Made by a program: the position numbers and the translations under genes. A stretch of DNA of 32,000 nt from Coprobacillaceae bacterium (GTDB lineage: Bacteria; Bacillota_I; Bacilli_A; Erysipelotrichales; Coprobacillaceae): assembly GCA_963675915.1 (NCBI GenBank), contig OY780959.1, positions 1,650,001 through 1,682,000 of the forward strand, read 5' to 3'. Below, piece after piece: positions 8,184-16,149 of the stretch (positions within the stretch are counted from its first letter, which is position 1; each line of letters starts with the position of its first letter). The notes beneath the pieces were generated by a model. The model made no database searches, was not told the origin of the DNA, and saw only the letters and a list, made by a program, of their open reading frames with translations.

Positions 8184-8214
8184 AAAAGCGGTTGACTCAG
8201 TCACCGCTTTTTTT
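8184..8214. terminator. Bidirectional rho-independent terminator (phosphatase operon on the minus strand; originally also argH on the plus strand)
   Basis: AAAAGCGGTTGAC-TCA-GTCACCGCT followed by T7 on the plus strand. On the minus strand the same hairpin is followed by TTTT. The hairpin overlaps the stop codon at 8197-8199. Confidence 0.8.
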
Positions 8215-8940
8215 AAACTTAAATTTTCGATTTTCGTAGTTCATTGTCACTACAATGACCTCTTGAGTGTCCAGATTCAAAACATTTAACTGCCCTTTTT
8301 CCTCACCAATGGCCAATCCGCCATCAATCCCGATCTTATTTATGGCAAACCAGGGATCCAGGCTCTTGTCTTTGTTTAGCATCAAACAAGGCGTATGTCC
8401 GAAGATATATGTGGTATCGCCTTTGATTCCCAGATTGAAAAAGGGATGTCTGATCCACAACAGATCCTCTTCACTTTCGTCTTCGATTCGTGATTTACCG
8501 GTAATCCCGGCGTGAACCAGGATATATTTGCGACCAGAGATATCAAGCCTTTTATACAAAGGCAGCGCCATAATGAAATCATACATTTCCCGCATGTATC
8601 CATCCTGGTCGAGGTTGTTGTTCGCACAGAAATTCGCGATATCTTCAACCGTCGCAACTCCGCCGTTGGAAAAATAGGTCAGCTTGTTAAAACTGGTTCT
8701 CTTGTCACTCAGATATTTTTCCCGGTAGTAATTGGCGAACATCAATTCATGGTTACCCTTTAGAAGAATGATATTGCCCATTTTTCTGATTGTCTCATAG
8801 ATTCCCACTGGGTTATTTCCCCGGTCGAGGATATCTCCGACAATATAAAGGACATCCGCTGGACTGAAATCAACACTACTTAGAAATTTATTAAATATTT
8901 TATTGCACCCATGGAGATCACTAAGCACGTACGTGGCCAT
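8197..8940 (-). CDS. PPP-family serine/threonine phosphatase / ApaH-like metallophosphoesterase
   Basis: The canonical motifs are intact: LSDLHGC, VGDILDRG, KGNHELM, VHAG, FGHTP. 247 aa. Confidence 0.85.
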   Translation of the reverse strand: MATYVLSDLHGCNKIFNKFLSSVDFSPADVLYIVGDILDRGNNPVGIYETIRKMGNIILLKGNHELMFANYYREKYLSDKRTSFNKLTYFSNGGVATVEDIANFCANNNLDQDGYMREMYDFIMALPLYKRLDISGRKYILVHAGITGKSRIEDESEEDLLWIRHPFFNLGIKGDTTYIFGHTPCLMLNKDKSLDPWFAINKIGIDGGLAIGEEKGQLNVLNLDTQEVIVVTMNYENRKFKFKKSGD

Positions 8941-8952
8941 ATGCTCACTCCT

Positions 8953-9141
8953 TTAGTTTATGATTGGTTCTTCTTCTTCCGGGATCGCAATCACTTCTTC
9001 AATGGCATCCTTGTTTTTGGAAATCAGGTCAGCCAGTTGCTCTGCGCTGATGGCATTCATCAACGCCTCATAGGCATCTTCTTTGCTTTCAGCCTCAATT
9101 GCGATTGTCAGATTTATTTTAAAAAGTTTTTTATCTTGCAT
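8953..9141 (-). CDS. Small acidic hypothetical protein (62 aa)
   Basis: A strong RBS (AAAGGAGG) lies 6-7 nt before the ATG at 9141. The gene is packed between hflX and the phosphatase gene (12-nt gap downstream). I recognise no homology. Confidence 0.6.
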   Translation of the reverse strand: MQDKKLFKINLTIAIEAESKEDAYEALMNAISAEQLADLISKNKDAIEEVIAIPEEEEPIIN

Positions 9142-9186
9142 TCTTTGCCTCCTTTATAACCATGTGGTGTCAAACCACTTCCATTA

Positions 9187-10386
9187 TCAGCTTAAAACCT
9201 GATATTCCAGATATTTTCCCAGAATTTCTTTTGAACCGGTGACATCCAGGAATATTTTTTCATCCTGATACTCAATCCGGTTTATCTTACAAAGGTTCAT
9301 CATGGTGTTCACATCGCTCATCATATCATAATCCAATGAGAGCAACAACGAGATATCGTCTTTGAACAGCATCTGGGCAATCCGTTTTTCCAATTCATCC
9401 AGATTCAATTTCTCAAGCAGGGAAACGCACACATACGGTTCCTTGTAAGGATAATATTGGTCAATCTGGCGGTCAATTTTATTGTAGACCATCAGTTTCT
9501 CGATTTCTCCAGCCCCGATGGAATCAAGCACCTCATTGGTAGTCTTGATATGGGTTGCTATGTTTTTGTCCGAAATATCAACAATGTGCAACAGCAAATC
9601 GGCTTCGAGCACTTCCTCAAGAGTCGATTTGAAGGCATTGATCAGATCATGAGGCAACCGGTCGATAAATCCGACCGTATCGCTCAGGATAACCGGACGC
9701 TCATCAATTGTAACCATCCGACTGGTCGTTTCCAGGGTCGCAAACAGCATATCTTTGCTTAATACCTTTTTTTGCGTCAAGGTATTGAGAAAAGTGGATT
9801 TTCCGGAGTTGGTATAGCCGACCAACGCCACCTTCTTGATTGGTTGGACATTACGTCGTTTGCGCTGGGTCTTGCGCTGTCTGGCAATTTTAGCCAACTG
9901 TTTGAGATTGCGGTTCATCCGTTTGGAGATGATCCTTCGGTCAATCTCAATCTGCTTTTCACCAGAACCCCTGAAGCCACTACCACCCATTTGTCCGGTC
10001 AGGCTTTCATGCATTCCCGCCAGCCGAGGCAGGATGTATTTGTCCCGGGCGATTTCAACCTGGAGTTTTGCTTCCCTGGTTTTGGCCCGGGTCTGAAAAA
10101 TCCGCAGAATCAAATCGGTCCGATCACTGATCTCCACTTCCAACAAATCGCTGAGACTGACATGCTGAAGCGGCGACAGTTCATGGTCAAACACGACTAT
10201 TTCCTCATCATTGATCACATTCTTGATCTCATCAACCTTCCCCGACCCGATATAGGTCGAGATATTTATTTTTTCGATATTCTGGATAATTCTTAATGAC
10301 GGTTCCATTCCGCACGCTTCTATCAGGGAAGCCAATTCATCCAGATCTTCTTCTTTACAGTTTACACCTACAATTATCGCTTTCAT
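9187..10386 (-). CDS. hflX: GTPase HflX
   Basis: It has the HflX N-terminal domain followed by G-motifs VGYTNSGKSTFLN, DTVGF and NKID. 399 aa. Confidence 0.9.
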   Translation of the reverse strand: MKAIIVGVNCKEEDLDELASLIEACGMEPSLRIIQNIEKINISTYIGSGKVDEIKNVINDEEIVVFDHELSPLQHVSLSDLLEVEISDRTDLILRIFQTRAKTREAKLQVEIARDKYILPRLAGMHESLTGQMGGSGFRGSGEKQIEIDRRIISKRMNRNLKQLAKIARQRKTQRKRRNVQPIKKVALVGYTNSGKSTFLNTLTQKKVLSKDMLFATLETTSRMVTIDERPVILSDTVGFIDRLPHDLINAFKSTLEEVLEADLLLHIVDISDKNIATHIKTTNEVLDSIGAGEIEKLMVYNKIDRQIDQYYPYKEPYVCVSLLEKLNLDELEKRIAQMLFKDDISLLLSLDYDMMSDVNTMMNLCKINRIEYQDEKIFLDVTGSKEILGKYLEYQVLS

Positions 10387-10511
10387 ATTCTTTCACCATC
10401 TATATTTTATCACACTTCAATCAGTAATTCCTTAAATTTCACCACTTAACCGACAAATCTGTCATTGGCAATTGTCATTACCAAGCAGGTTGGCGACTCA
10501 AGTCATATCGA

Positions 10512-10540
10512 TTGACAAAAGTTTCAAAGAGGTTTAAACT
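10512..10540 (+). promoter_or_regulatory. Putative sigma-A promoter of perR-rbr
   Basis: TTGACA (10512-10517), 17-nt spacer, TAAACT (10535-10540). Confidence 0.55.
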
Positions 10541-10560
10541 ATTAATAGTCATTACTGATA
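10541..10560 (+). promoter_or_regulatory. Candidate Fur-family (PerR) operator
   Basis: ATTAATAGTCATTACTGATA is an imperfect AT-rich dyad (6 of 9 pairs) immediately downstream of the -10. The GTCATT(A) motif recurs at 10460 and 10473. ATCAGTAAT at about 10419-10427 is the inverted partner of ATTACTGAT at about 10551-10559. Confidence 0.3.
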
Positions 10561-10569
10561 GGAGTTAAA

Positions 10570-10962
10570 ATGAAAAGAAGATATTCAAAGCAAAGAGAAC
10601 TGATTAAGGAAAATTTAATCAATCGAACCGATCATCCTGATGCCAGCATGATTTACAGGGATCTCAAAATCGAAAATCCCGGTTTATCGCTTGGTACCGT
10701 CTATCGGAACCTGAGTATCCTGGTCGAGACCGGAGAAATCCTGCAGCTCGGACATGATCCTAAGTTCATCCACTATGACGGAAATACCGATGATCACTAT
10801 CATTTCATCTGTGATAATTGTCAGCAGATATATGATCTTGATTTGGATGCTTCGTTTTTTAATGACTTAATGGCACAAAGTGATGTAATTCACGATATCA
10901 GATCGACAGAGGTCACCTTCAGAGGGATCTGTCAAAAATGCAACAAAGAAAAAGGAGAATAA
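10570..10962 (+). CDS. perR: Fur family transcriptional regulator, PerR-like
   Basis: 130 aa. It has a winged-helix N-terminus (GLSLGTVYRNL), HYHFIC and two CxxC pairs. It sits directly upstream of rubrerythrin. Confidence 0.8.
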   Translation: MKRRYSKQRELIKENLINRTDHPDASMIYRDLKIENPGLSLGTVYRNLSILVETGEILQLGHDPKFIHYDGNTDDHYHFICDNCQQIYDLDLDASFFNDLMAQSDVIHDIRSTEVTFRGICQKCNKEKGE

Positions 10963-10965
10963 GAA

Positions 10966-11553
10966 ATGAAATCATTAAAAGGTACTAAAACCGCAACTAA
11001 CCTGATGGCAGCTTTTGCTGGGGAATCACAAGCTCGTAACCGTTATACTTACTGGTCATCAATCGCAAAAAAAGAGGGCTATGTACAAATCGCCAACGTA
11101 TTTGAAGAAACAGCTAACCAAGAAAAAGAACATGCTAAACGTCTGATGAAGTTCATGAACGAAGATTTAGCAAAAGAAACAGTTGAAATCACTGGATCAT
11201 TCCCAGTTCTTTTAGGAACTACTGAAGACAACCTGATTGCTGCCGCTGCTGGGGAAAATGAAGAACATTCTCATATGTACCCTGACTTCGCTAAAATCGC
11301 TCGTGAAGAAGGATTCGATGTAATCGCAACTGTATTCGAATCTATCGCTGTTGCTGAAAAATTCCATGAAGACCGTTACTTGAAATTATTGGCTGCTGTC
11401 CAAGACGGATCAGTATTCAAAAAAGAAGAATCAGTTATGTGGAAATGTAATAACTGTGGATTCATCCATATCGGAAAAGAAGCTCCTGCAAAATGTCCTG
11501 CATGTGCTCATCCACAAGACCACTTTGAAGTATTGACTTTCTTCAAAGGTTAA
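10966..11553 (+). CDS. rbr: Rubrerythrin
   Basis: LKGTKTATNLMAAFAGESQARNRYTYW marks the di-iron four-helix region. The C-terminal rubredoxin-like motif is CNNCG...CPAC. Confidence 0.92.
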   Translation: MKSLKGTKTATNLMAAFAGESQARNRYTYWSSIAKKEGYVQIANVFEETANQEKEHAKRLMKFMNEDLAKETVEITGSFPVLLGTTEDNLIAAAAGENEEHSHMYPDFAKIAREEGFDVIATVFESIAVAEKFHEDRYLKLLAAVQDGSVFKKEESVMWKCNNCGFIHIGKEAPAKCPACAHPQDHFEVLTFFKG

Positions 11554-11562
11554 TAGGACCGC

Positions 11563-11592
11563 AAAAAGTGCCGCTGAATGCGGCACTTTTTT
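11563..11592. terminator. Bidirectional terminator between rbr and the convergent lit-like gene
   Basis: AAAAAGTGCCGC-TGAAT-GCGGCACTTTTTT. Confidence 0.8.
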
Positions 11593-12232
11593 AATTGCTG
11601 ACGATTTTCTTGGCAAAATTACGGTAAACCAGATGACTAATCAGAGCAAAAATGATAATCACTGCAATGATAACCAGAAACTTATGCATAAAAAATTCTT
11701 CAGGCAAGATATTGATGACCGGATCTTTTCGAACGTCAAAAATCCAGTAATCATTTTTGAAAGCCAATCGGTGAAATGTGACAAAAGCCTGTTCGAAGTT
11801 ACCCATCACGACGATTCCCAGCAAAGTGGGAATGACAATTGTGAAGATAGATGCCAGCTTGAGAAACATGTACTCGCAGTTGGCGAATTTCAGGATAATG
11901 CCGACCACTCCGGCAGCTCCCGCACCAAACGTAACAACCTGGATAATGTCAAAAATCCGCTTAACTTCTTCGAAATGGATTCTCCCCCCCTGGGACATGA
12001 TAAAATCAGGGAGGTCCAGAATCCCGCGATAAAAGATTGACTGGTACTCGATCAAAATCCGATAATTGTCCAAAATGGTCTGATTATCAAGACCGACGAC
12101 ATTGGCCAAATCATAGCGCGTCAAATCGAAAGGGTAGATGAACGGTTCAAACACGCCGATTACAACCGCAAACGAGATGAAAAAGACAGTCAGAACCAAA
12201 GCCAGGATGTAATCCGATACCTTATAGCTCAT
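11591..12232 (-). CDS. lit: TIGR01906/DUF1461 integral membrane protein (lipoprotein intramolecular transacylase Lit-like)
   Basis: The start is taken at MSYKVSDYIL (M31 of the ORF), with GGGGAAG upstream and an 11-nt overlap with trmL. There are multiple TM helices. The family-like block FHRLAFKNDYWIFDVRKDPVINILPEEFF is present. Confidence 0.7.
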   Translation of the reverse strand: MSYKVSDYILALVLTVFFISFAVVIGVFEPFIYPFDLTRYDLANVVGLDNQTILDNYRILIEYQSIFYRGILDLPDFIMSQGGRIHFEEVKRIFDIIQVVTFGAGAAGVVGIILKFANCEYMFLKLASIFTIVIPTLLGIVVMGNFEQAFVTFHRLAFKNDYWIFDVRKDPVINILPEEFFMHKFLVIIAVIIIFALISHLVYRNFAKKIVSN

Positions 12233-12728
12233 AGAGGAAATCTTCCCCTTTTTGAACTTCCACTTTCGATAATTCATTGAAATCCTGCTGACGCAAAACT
12301 TCGTAGATTCCCAGAGCCACACAATTCGAGAGATTGAGACTGCGGGCCTTTTCGCTCATTGGAATTCTAACACAGCGGTCCAGGTAATCCACTAGGATTT
12401 CCTTGGGAATTCCGTTATGTTCATGACCGAAAAAGATGTATTGGTCACGATCGCTGACATAGCTTTGATCGCTGTAACACAAGTTTGAATAGCGTGTGAA
12501 AAAGTGAAAATCCCCATCTGCCTGTTCCAGGAAATCTTCAAAGGATTCATGAACCCGAAGGTCGAGTTTATCGATATAGTCCAAACCGGCGCGTTTCATT
12601 TTCTTGTCATCAAGAGTGAAACTCATCGGTTTGATGATATGAAGAACTGATTCGGTTGCTACCGCAGTTCTCATGATATTTCCGGTATTCTGAGGAATTG
12701 CCGGATTGATTAAAACTATATGGTTCAT
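12222..12728 (-). CDS. trmL: tRNA (cytidine(34)-2'-O)-methyltransferase (SpoU/TrmL family)
   Basis: 168 aa. Contains INPAIPQNTGNIMRT and the C-terminal knot motif SLNLSNCVALGIYE. Confidence 0.88.
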   Translation of the reverse strand: MNHIVLINPAIPQNTGNIMRTAVATESVLHIIKPMSFTLDDKKMKRAGLDYIDKLDLRVHESFEDFLEQADGDFHFFTRYSNLCYSDQSYVSDRDQYIFFGHEHNGIPKEILVDYLDRCVRIPMSEKARSLNLSNCVALGIYEVLRQQDFNELSKVEVQKGEDFLYEL

Positions 12729-13318
12729 TATAATACCTCCAATATTCTTTCTTGAAGCCGCGCCAGGGCTTTGCCGCGATGACTGACTTTGTTTTTGGTT
12801 TGGCTGTCCATTTCAGCCGAAGTCATTTGCAACGGCGGGTAATAGAAAATCGGATCATAGCCAAAGCCGTTTTCACCTTGAATGCTTTTGGTGATTTCAC
12901 CTTCGAAATATTCCTCGATGTTCAACGTATCGCCTCCAGGGACAACCAGACACAGGGCACAGACAAATCGGGCATAACGGTCCTCTTTGTCTTCAAGCTG
13001 GTCGATAATCGCCTGATTTTTAATCAGATAACTGGTATCTTCCCCCATATATCTTGAAGAATAGATTCCCGGCTGGTAGTCGAGGGCTCTTACTTCAAGT
13101 CCGGAATCATCAGCCAACACCGGAAGGTTGATGATATCGCAGACTGTCTTGGCCTTGATATAGGCATTTTCCTTGAAAGAAGTGCCGGTTTCTTCAATTT
13201 CAATCGGTTCTTTCAAGGCATCGTTCATCGCGATGACCTCAACTCCCACTTCCTTTAGAATCTCTTGGATTTCTTCAATTTTATGTTTGTTCGATGACGC
13301 TACCACTATTTGTTTCAT
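12728..13318 (-). CDS. rdgB: XTP/dITP diphosphatase (non-canonical purine NTP pyrophosphatase, RdgB/HAM1)
   Basis: Contains VASSNKHKIEE, DDSGLEV, FGYDPIF and SHRGKA. The stop overlaps the trmL start (TAATG). Confidence 0.9.
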   Translation of the reverse strand: MKQIVVASSNKHKIEEIQEILKEVGVEVIAMNDALKEPIEIEETGTSFKENAYIKAKTVCDIINLPVLADDSGLEVRALDYQPGIYSSRYMGEDTSYLIKNQAIIDQLEDKEDRYARFVCALCLVVPGGDTLNIEEYFEGEITKSIQGENGFGYDPIFYYPPLQMTSAEMDSQTKNKVSHRGKALARLQERILEVL

Positions 13319-13326
13319 ATTTTTTC

Positions 13327-14193
13327 CTACTCTATTTCCAATACTTGTTTGATAAAATCAACCGGCATTTTCTGCCCGGTCCAATATTCAAAAGACTTCG
13401 CTCCTTGAAACATGACCATTCGTTTGCCATTGCAATACTCCAGACCGGCTTCTTTGGCCTGCTGTAGCAGTTTAGTCATGGCAGGATGATAGATTATATC
13501 CATAACCTTTAAATCCTCAGGGAAGTAAGATATATCCGGTATCAGGCTTACGCCTTCCAGTTTATTCATCCCTACTCCGGTGGCATTGACTAAGATATAT
13601 GTATCTTCAAGTTCTTTTTTCAGTTTGGCCAGATTACCGATATTCTTGATTTCGATATTGGCCCCATAGCGTTCCTTCAGTTTTTCAATTCTATTTTCCA
13701 TCAGACCGAAATTACGACCCGGACGATTGAAAACAACTATTTTGGCCAAGTTTTCCTGAGCACACTGCGTCACGATTGCGTTGGCAGCCCCTCCCGCTCC
13801 CAAGACAATCATTTTCTGGTTGCGAATATCCCAATTCATGTCTTTGGTCGAATCGACAAATCCGATTCCATCGGTATTGTAGCCATACCATACCCCATCG
13901 CGGTTGACAACCGTATTAACCGCACCAATCAATTGGGCAGTTTCATCGATAATATCCAGTTTGGCCATGATCGGCTCCTTGTAAGGCATCGAAACATTGA
14001 ACCCTTTGACATCGATGGCTTTGAGTCCCTCAACAGCACTGTCGAATTTCTCAGCCGGCACCTCGAATGCGGTGTAGACACAATCGATATCAAGTTTTTT
14101 AAAAGCATTGTTCATCATCTTCGGTGATGATGAATGCTTGATTGGATCAGCCAAAACCCCCAACAATCTGGTATATCCGGTAATGTTCTCCAC
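13327..14193 (-). CDS. aroE: Shikimate dehydrogenase
   Basis: GTG start with GGAGAA 7 nt upstream. Contains HSSSPKMMN, YNTDGIGF and the Rossmann motif GAGGAA. Confidence 0.9.
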   Translation of the reverse strand: MENITGYTRLLGVLADPIKHSSSPKMMNNAFKKLDIDCVYTAFEVPAEKFDSAVEGLKAIDVKGFNVSMPYKEPIMAKLDIIDETAQLIGAVNTVVNRDGVWYGYNTDGIGFVDSTKDMNWDIRNQKMIVLGAGGAANAIVTQCAQENLAKIVVFNRPGRNFGLMENRIEKLKERYGANIEIKNIGNLAKLKKELEDTYILVNATGVGMNKLEGVSLIPDISYFPEDLKVMDIIYHPAMTKLLQQAKEAGLEYCNGKRMVMFQGAKSFEYWTGQKMPVDFIKQVLEIE

Positions 14194-14206
14194 TACGATT
14201 TCTCCA

Positions 14207-14581
14207 CTATTTAGAAGCGATAACTTCTACTTCAATCAATGCCCCTTTAGGTAGTTTTCCTACTTCTACCGCACTTCTTGCTGGATATGGTTCTACGAAA
14301 TATTGAGCATAGATTTCGTTAACTTTCGCAAAATCAGCGATATCATCCAGGAATACAGTTGCTTTGACAACATTTGAGAAATCCAACCCTTGAGATTCCA
14401 ATAACCCTTTGACATTTTCCAAAGCTTTATGAGCTTGTGCTTCAATCCCTTCAGGCATTTCTCCTGTTTTTGCATCCAATGGGATCTGACCAGAGAAGAA
14501 GAATAAATCCCCGATATTGATTCCTTGTGAATATGGTCCGATAGCACCTGGTGCTTTATCTGTTACTACTACTTTTTTCAT
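14207..14581 (-). CDS. ridA: RidA family reactive intermediate/imine deaminase
   Basis: 124 aa. Contains APGAIGPYSQG...GQIPLD...PARSAVEV, as in YjgF/RidA. Confidence 0.9.
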   Translation of the reverse strand: MKKVVVTDKAPGAIGPYSQGINIGDLFFFSGQIPLDAKTGEMPEGIEAQAHKALENVKGLLESQGLDFSNVVKATVFLDDIADFAKVNEIYAQYFVEPYPARSAVEVGKLPKGALIEVEVIASK

Positions 14582-14606
14582 AATAATTCCTCCTTAGTTT
14601 TTGATA

Positions 14607-14636
14607 TTATAACAAAAAATTCCAATTTGATAAATA
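14607..14636 (-). promoter_or_regulatory. Putative promoter of the ridA-aroE-rdgB-trmL-lit operon (extended -10)
   Basis: The minus strand has TGTTATAAT (14615-14607) with a weak -35, TTATCA, about 16 nt upstream. It lies between ridA and the IS30 left end. Confidence 0.45.
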
Positions 14637-14648
14637 GTTTATCCCGAT

Positions 14649-14661
14649 ATATCCACTTAAA
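14649..14661. repeat. Left copy of the 13-bp direct repeat flanking the IS30-family element (target duplication)
   Basis: ATATCCACTTAAA, identical to 16362-16374. Confidence 0.7.
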
Positions 14662-14678
14662 ATTTAATTGTAATTTGA

Positions 14679-14711
14679 AATTCCACCCCAGTATATTTTA
14701 GGGGTGGAATT
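14679..14711. repeat. 11-bp perfect inverted repeat inside the IS30 left end
   Basis: AATTCCACCCC (14679-14689), 11-nt spacer, GGGGTGGAATT (14701-14711). The same GGTGGAA core is used in the right-end copies. Confidence 0.7.
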
Positions 14712-14807
14712 AATTTATACAAAACTCACATGGAACTTAACCTTACAAATATGAAGCTGTATAATTTAAGTATAGATTTCCCTGAACCATTGAAGGGAGT
14801 GTTTCTG

Positions 14808-16109
14808 ATGAGAAACAAACATTTACTTCTAGATGATCGCAAGATCATTGAGAATTCTCTTAATAGCGGTTGTTCTTTTAAAGCCATTGGTATTCAACTT
14901 GGCAAGGACTGCACTACCATATCTAAAGAGGTAAGGCGTAATTTCACAATTAAAAATACTGGCAGGTTTGGCTATGGTTTCAACGACTGCATTAATCGAT
15001 ATGATTGTTCCGAAAACTTCGCTTGTCAAACTTGCAATCGACGAAGAAAAATTAAGTGCAAATTCTGTGGGTTATGTGTCACTCAATGTTCAAAATACCA
15101 AAGAGAATCCTGCCCGACGTTGTTGAAAGCACCGTATGTCTGCAATAGCTGCGATAGCAAACACAAATGCCCATTGTCAAAGCATTACTATTTTAGCGAA
15201 TCAGCTCAGAAAAAGCATGATCTTAGATTAAGTGAATCAAGATCCGGATTTATTATTGATGAAGCTCAAATTGAACGATTGAACTCGATTCTCGGTGATC
15301 TTGTAAAAAACAAGCATCAGTCCATCCATCACGTTTTCATTAATCATAAAGATGAACTGATGGTTAGCGAAAAAACTCTGTACAATTTGGTTGATGCCTG
15401 TATTTTAAATATCCGTAACATTGATCTTACTCGAAAAGTCAAGTTTGCACCTAGAAGGAAGAAATCCAAGCAATACAAGGTTGACAAAAAATGCCTTGAA
15501 GGTAGGACCTATGAAGATTATCAGAGTTTCATTGAACAGCACCCTAGTGTCGCCGTAGTTGAAATGGACAGTGTCGAAGGAACCAAGGGTGGCGCCTGCT
15601 TGCTTACCCTCCACTTCAACAATTCTTCTTTCATGATCGCCATAAAACGCGATTTTAACGATTCGGCCTCAGTTACAAACTATTTCAATCATATCTATGA
15701 GGTGCTGGGTCATGATCAGTTCAAAAAATTGTTTCCGATAATTTTGACAGACAATGGGTCGGAATTTTCAAATCCTGCCGCTATTGAATTCAATGACAAA
15801 GGTGAAAGAAGAACCTACATTTTCTACTGTCATCCATCAGCGCCTGAAGAAAAAGGTGAATGTGAGAACAATCATAGGTTCATTAGATATTTCGTCCCCA
15901 AGGGCAAATCCTGGGATGAATACAAGCAAAAAGACATCAACTTAATGATGTCTCACATTAATTCTTATGCACGAAAGTCTTTGAATGATAAACCACCATA
16001 TTTATTATTCACGACACTATACTCGATTGAAGCAGCTACAAAATTAGATGTTTCATACATAAGACCGGATGATATCACTTTATCACGATTATTGATATCA
16101 AATAAATAA
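14808..16109 (+). CDS. IS30 family transposase
   Basis: The start is taken at MRNKHLLLDDRKIIE (ATG 14808, RBS GAAGGGAG). It has an N-terminal HTH (CSFKAIGIQLGKDCTTISKEVRRN) and a DDE core (VEMDSVEG ... LTDNGSEF ... ENNHRFIRYF). Confidence 0.88.
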   Translation: MRNKHLLLDDRKIIENSLNSGCSFKAIGIQLGKDCTTISKEVRRNFTIKNTGRFGYGFNDCINRYDCSENFACQTCNRRRKIKCKFCGLCVTQCSKYQRESCPTLLKAPYVCNSCDSKHKCPLSKHYYFSESAQKKHDLRLSESRSGFIIDEAQIERLNSILGDLVKNKHQSIHHVFINHKDELMVSEKTLYNLVDACILNIRNIDLTRKVKFAPRRKKSKQYKVDKKCLEGRTYEDYQSFIEQHPSVAVVEMDSVEGTKGGACLLTLHFNNSSFMIAIKRDFNDSASVTNYFNHIYEVLGHDQFKKLFPIILTDNGSEFSNPAAIEFNDKGERRTYIFYCHPSAPEEKGECENNHRFIRYFVPKGKSWDEYKQKDINLMMSHINSYARKSLNDKPPYLLFTTLYSIEAATKLDVSYIRPDDITLSRLLISNK

Positions 16110-16149
16110 AGAATCTATCCAGGGAAATCAAACAAACTTGATAACACAA

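Noticed and set aside
7922-8239. A 105-aa plus-strand ORF
   Set aside because: It lies antisense across intron domain I and the terminator, with no RBS and no coding-like composition.
9772-10296. A 174-aa plus-strand ORF, plus similar long antisense ORFs at 19764-20276, 27297-27713, 30198-30686 and 11633-12040
   Set aside because: Each one is fully nested antisense within a confidently identified gene (hflX, cof, patB, cutC, lit). These are typical frame shadows.
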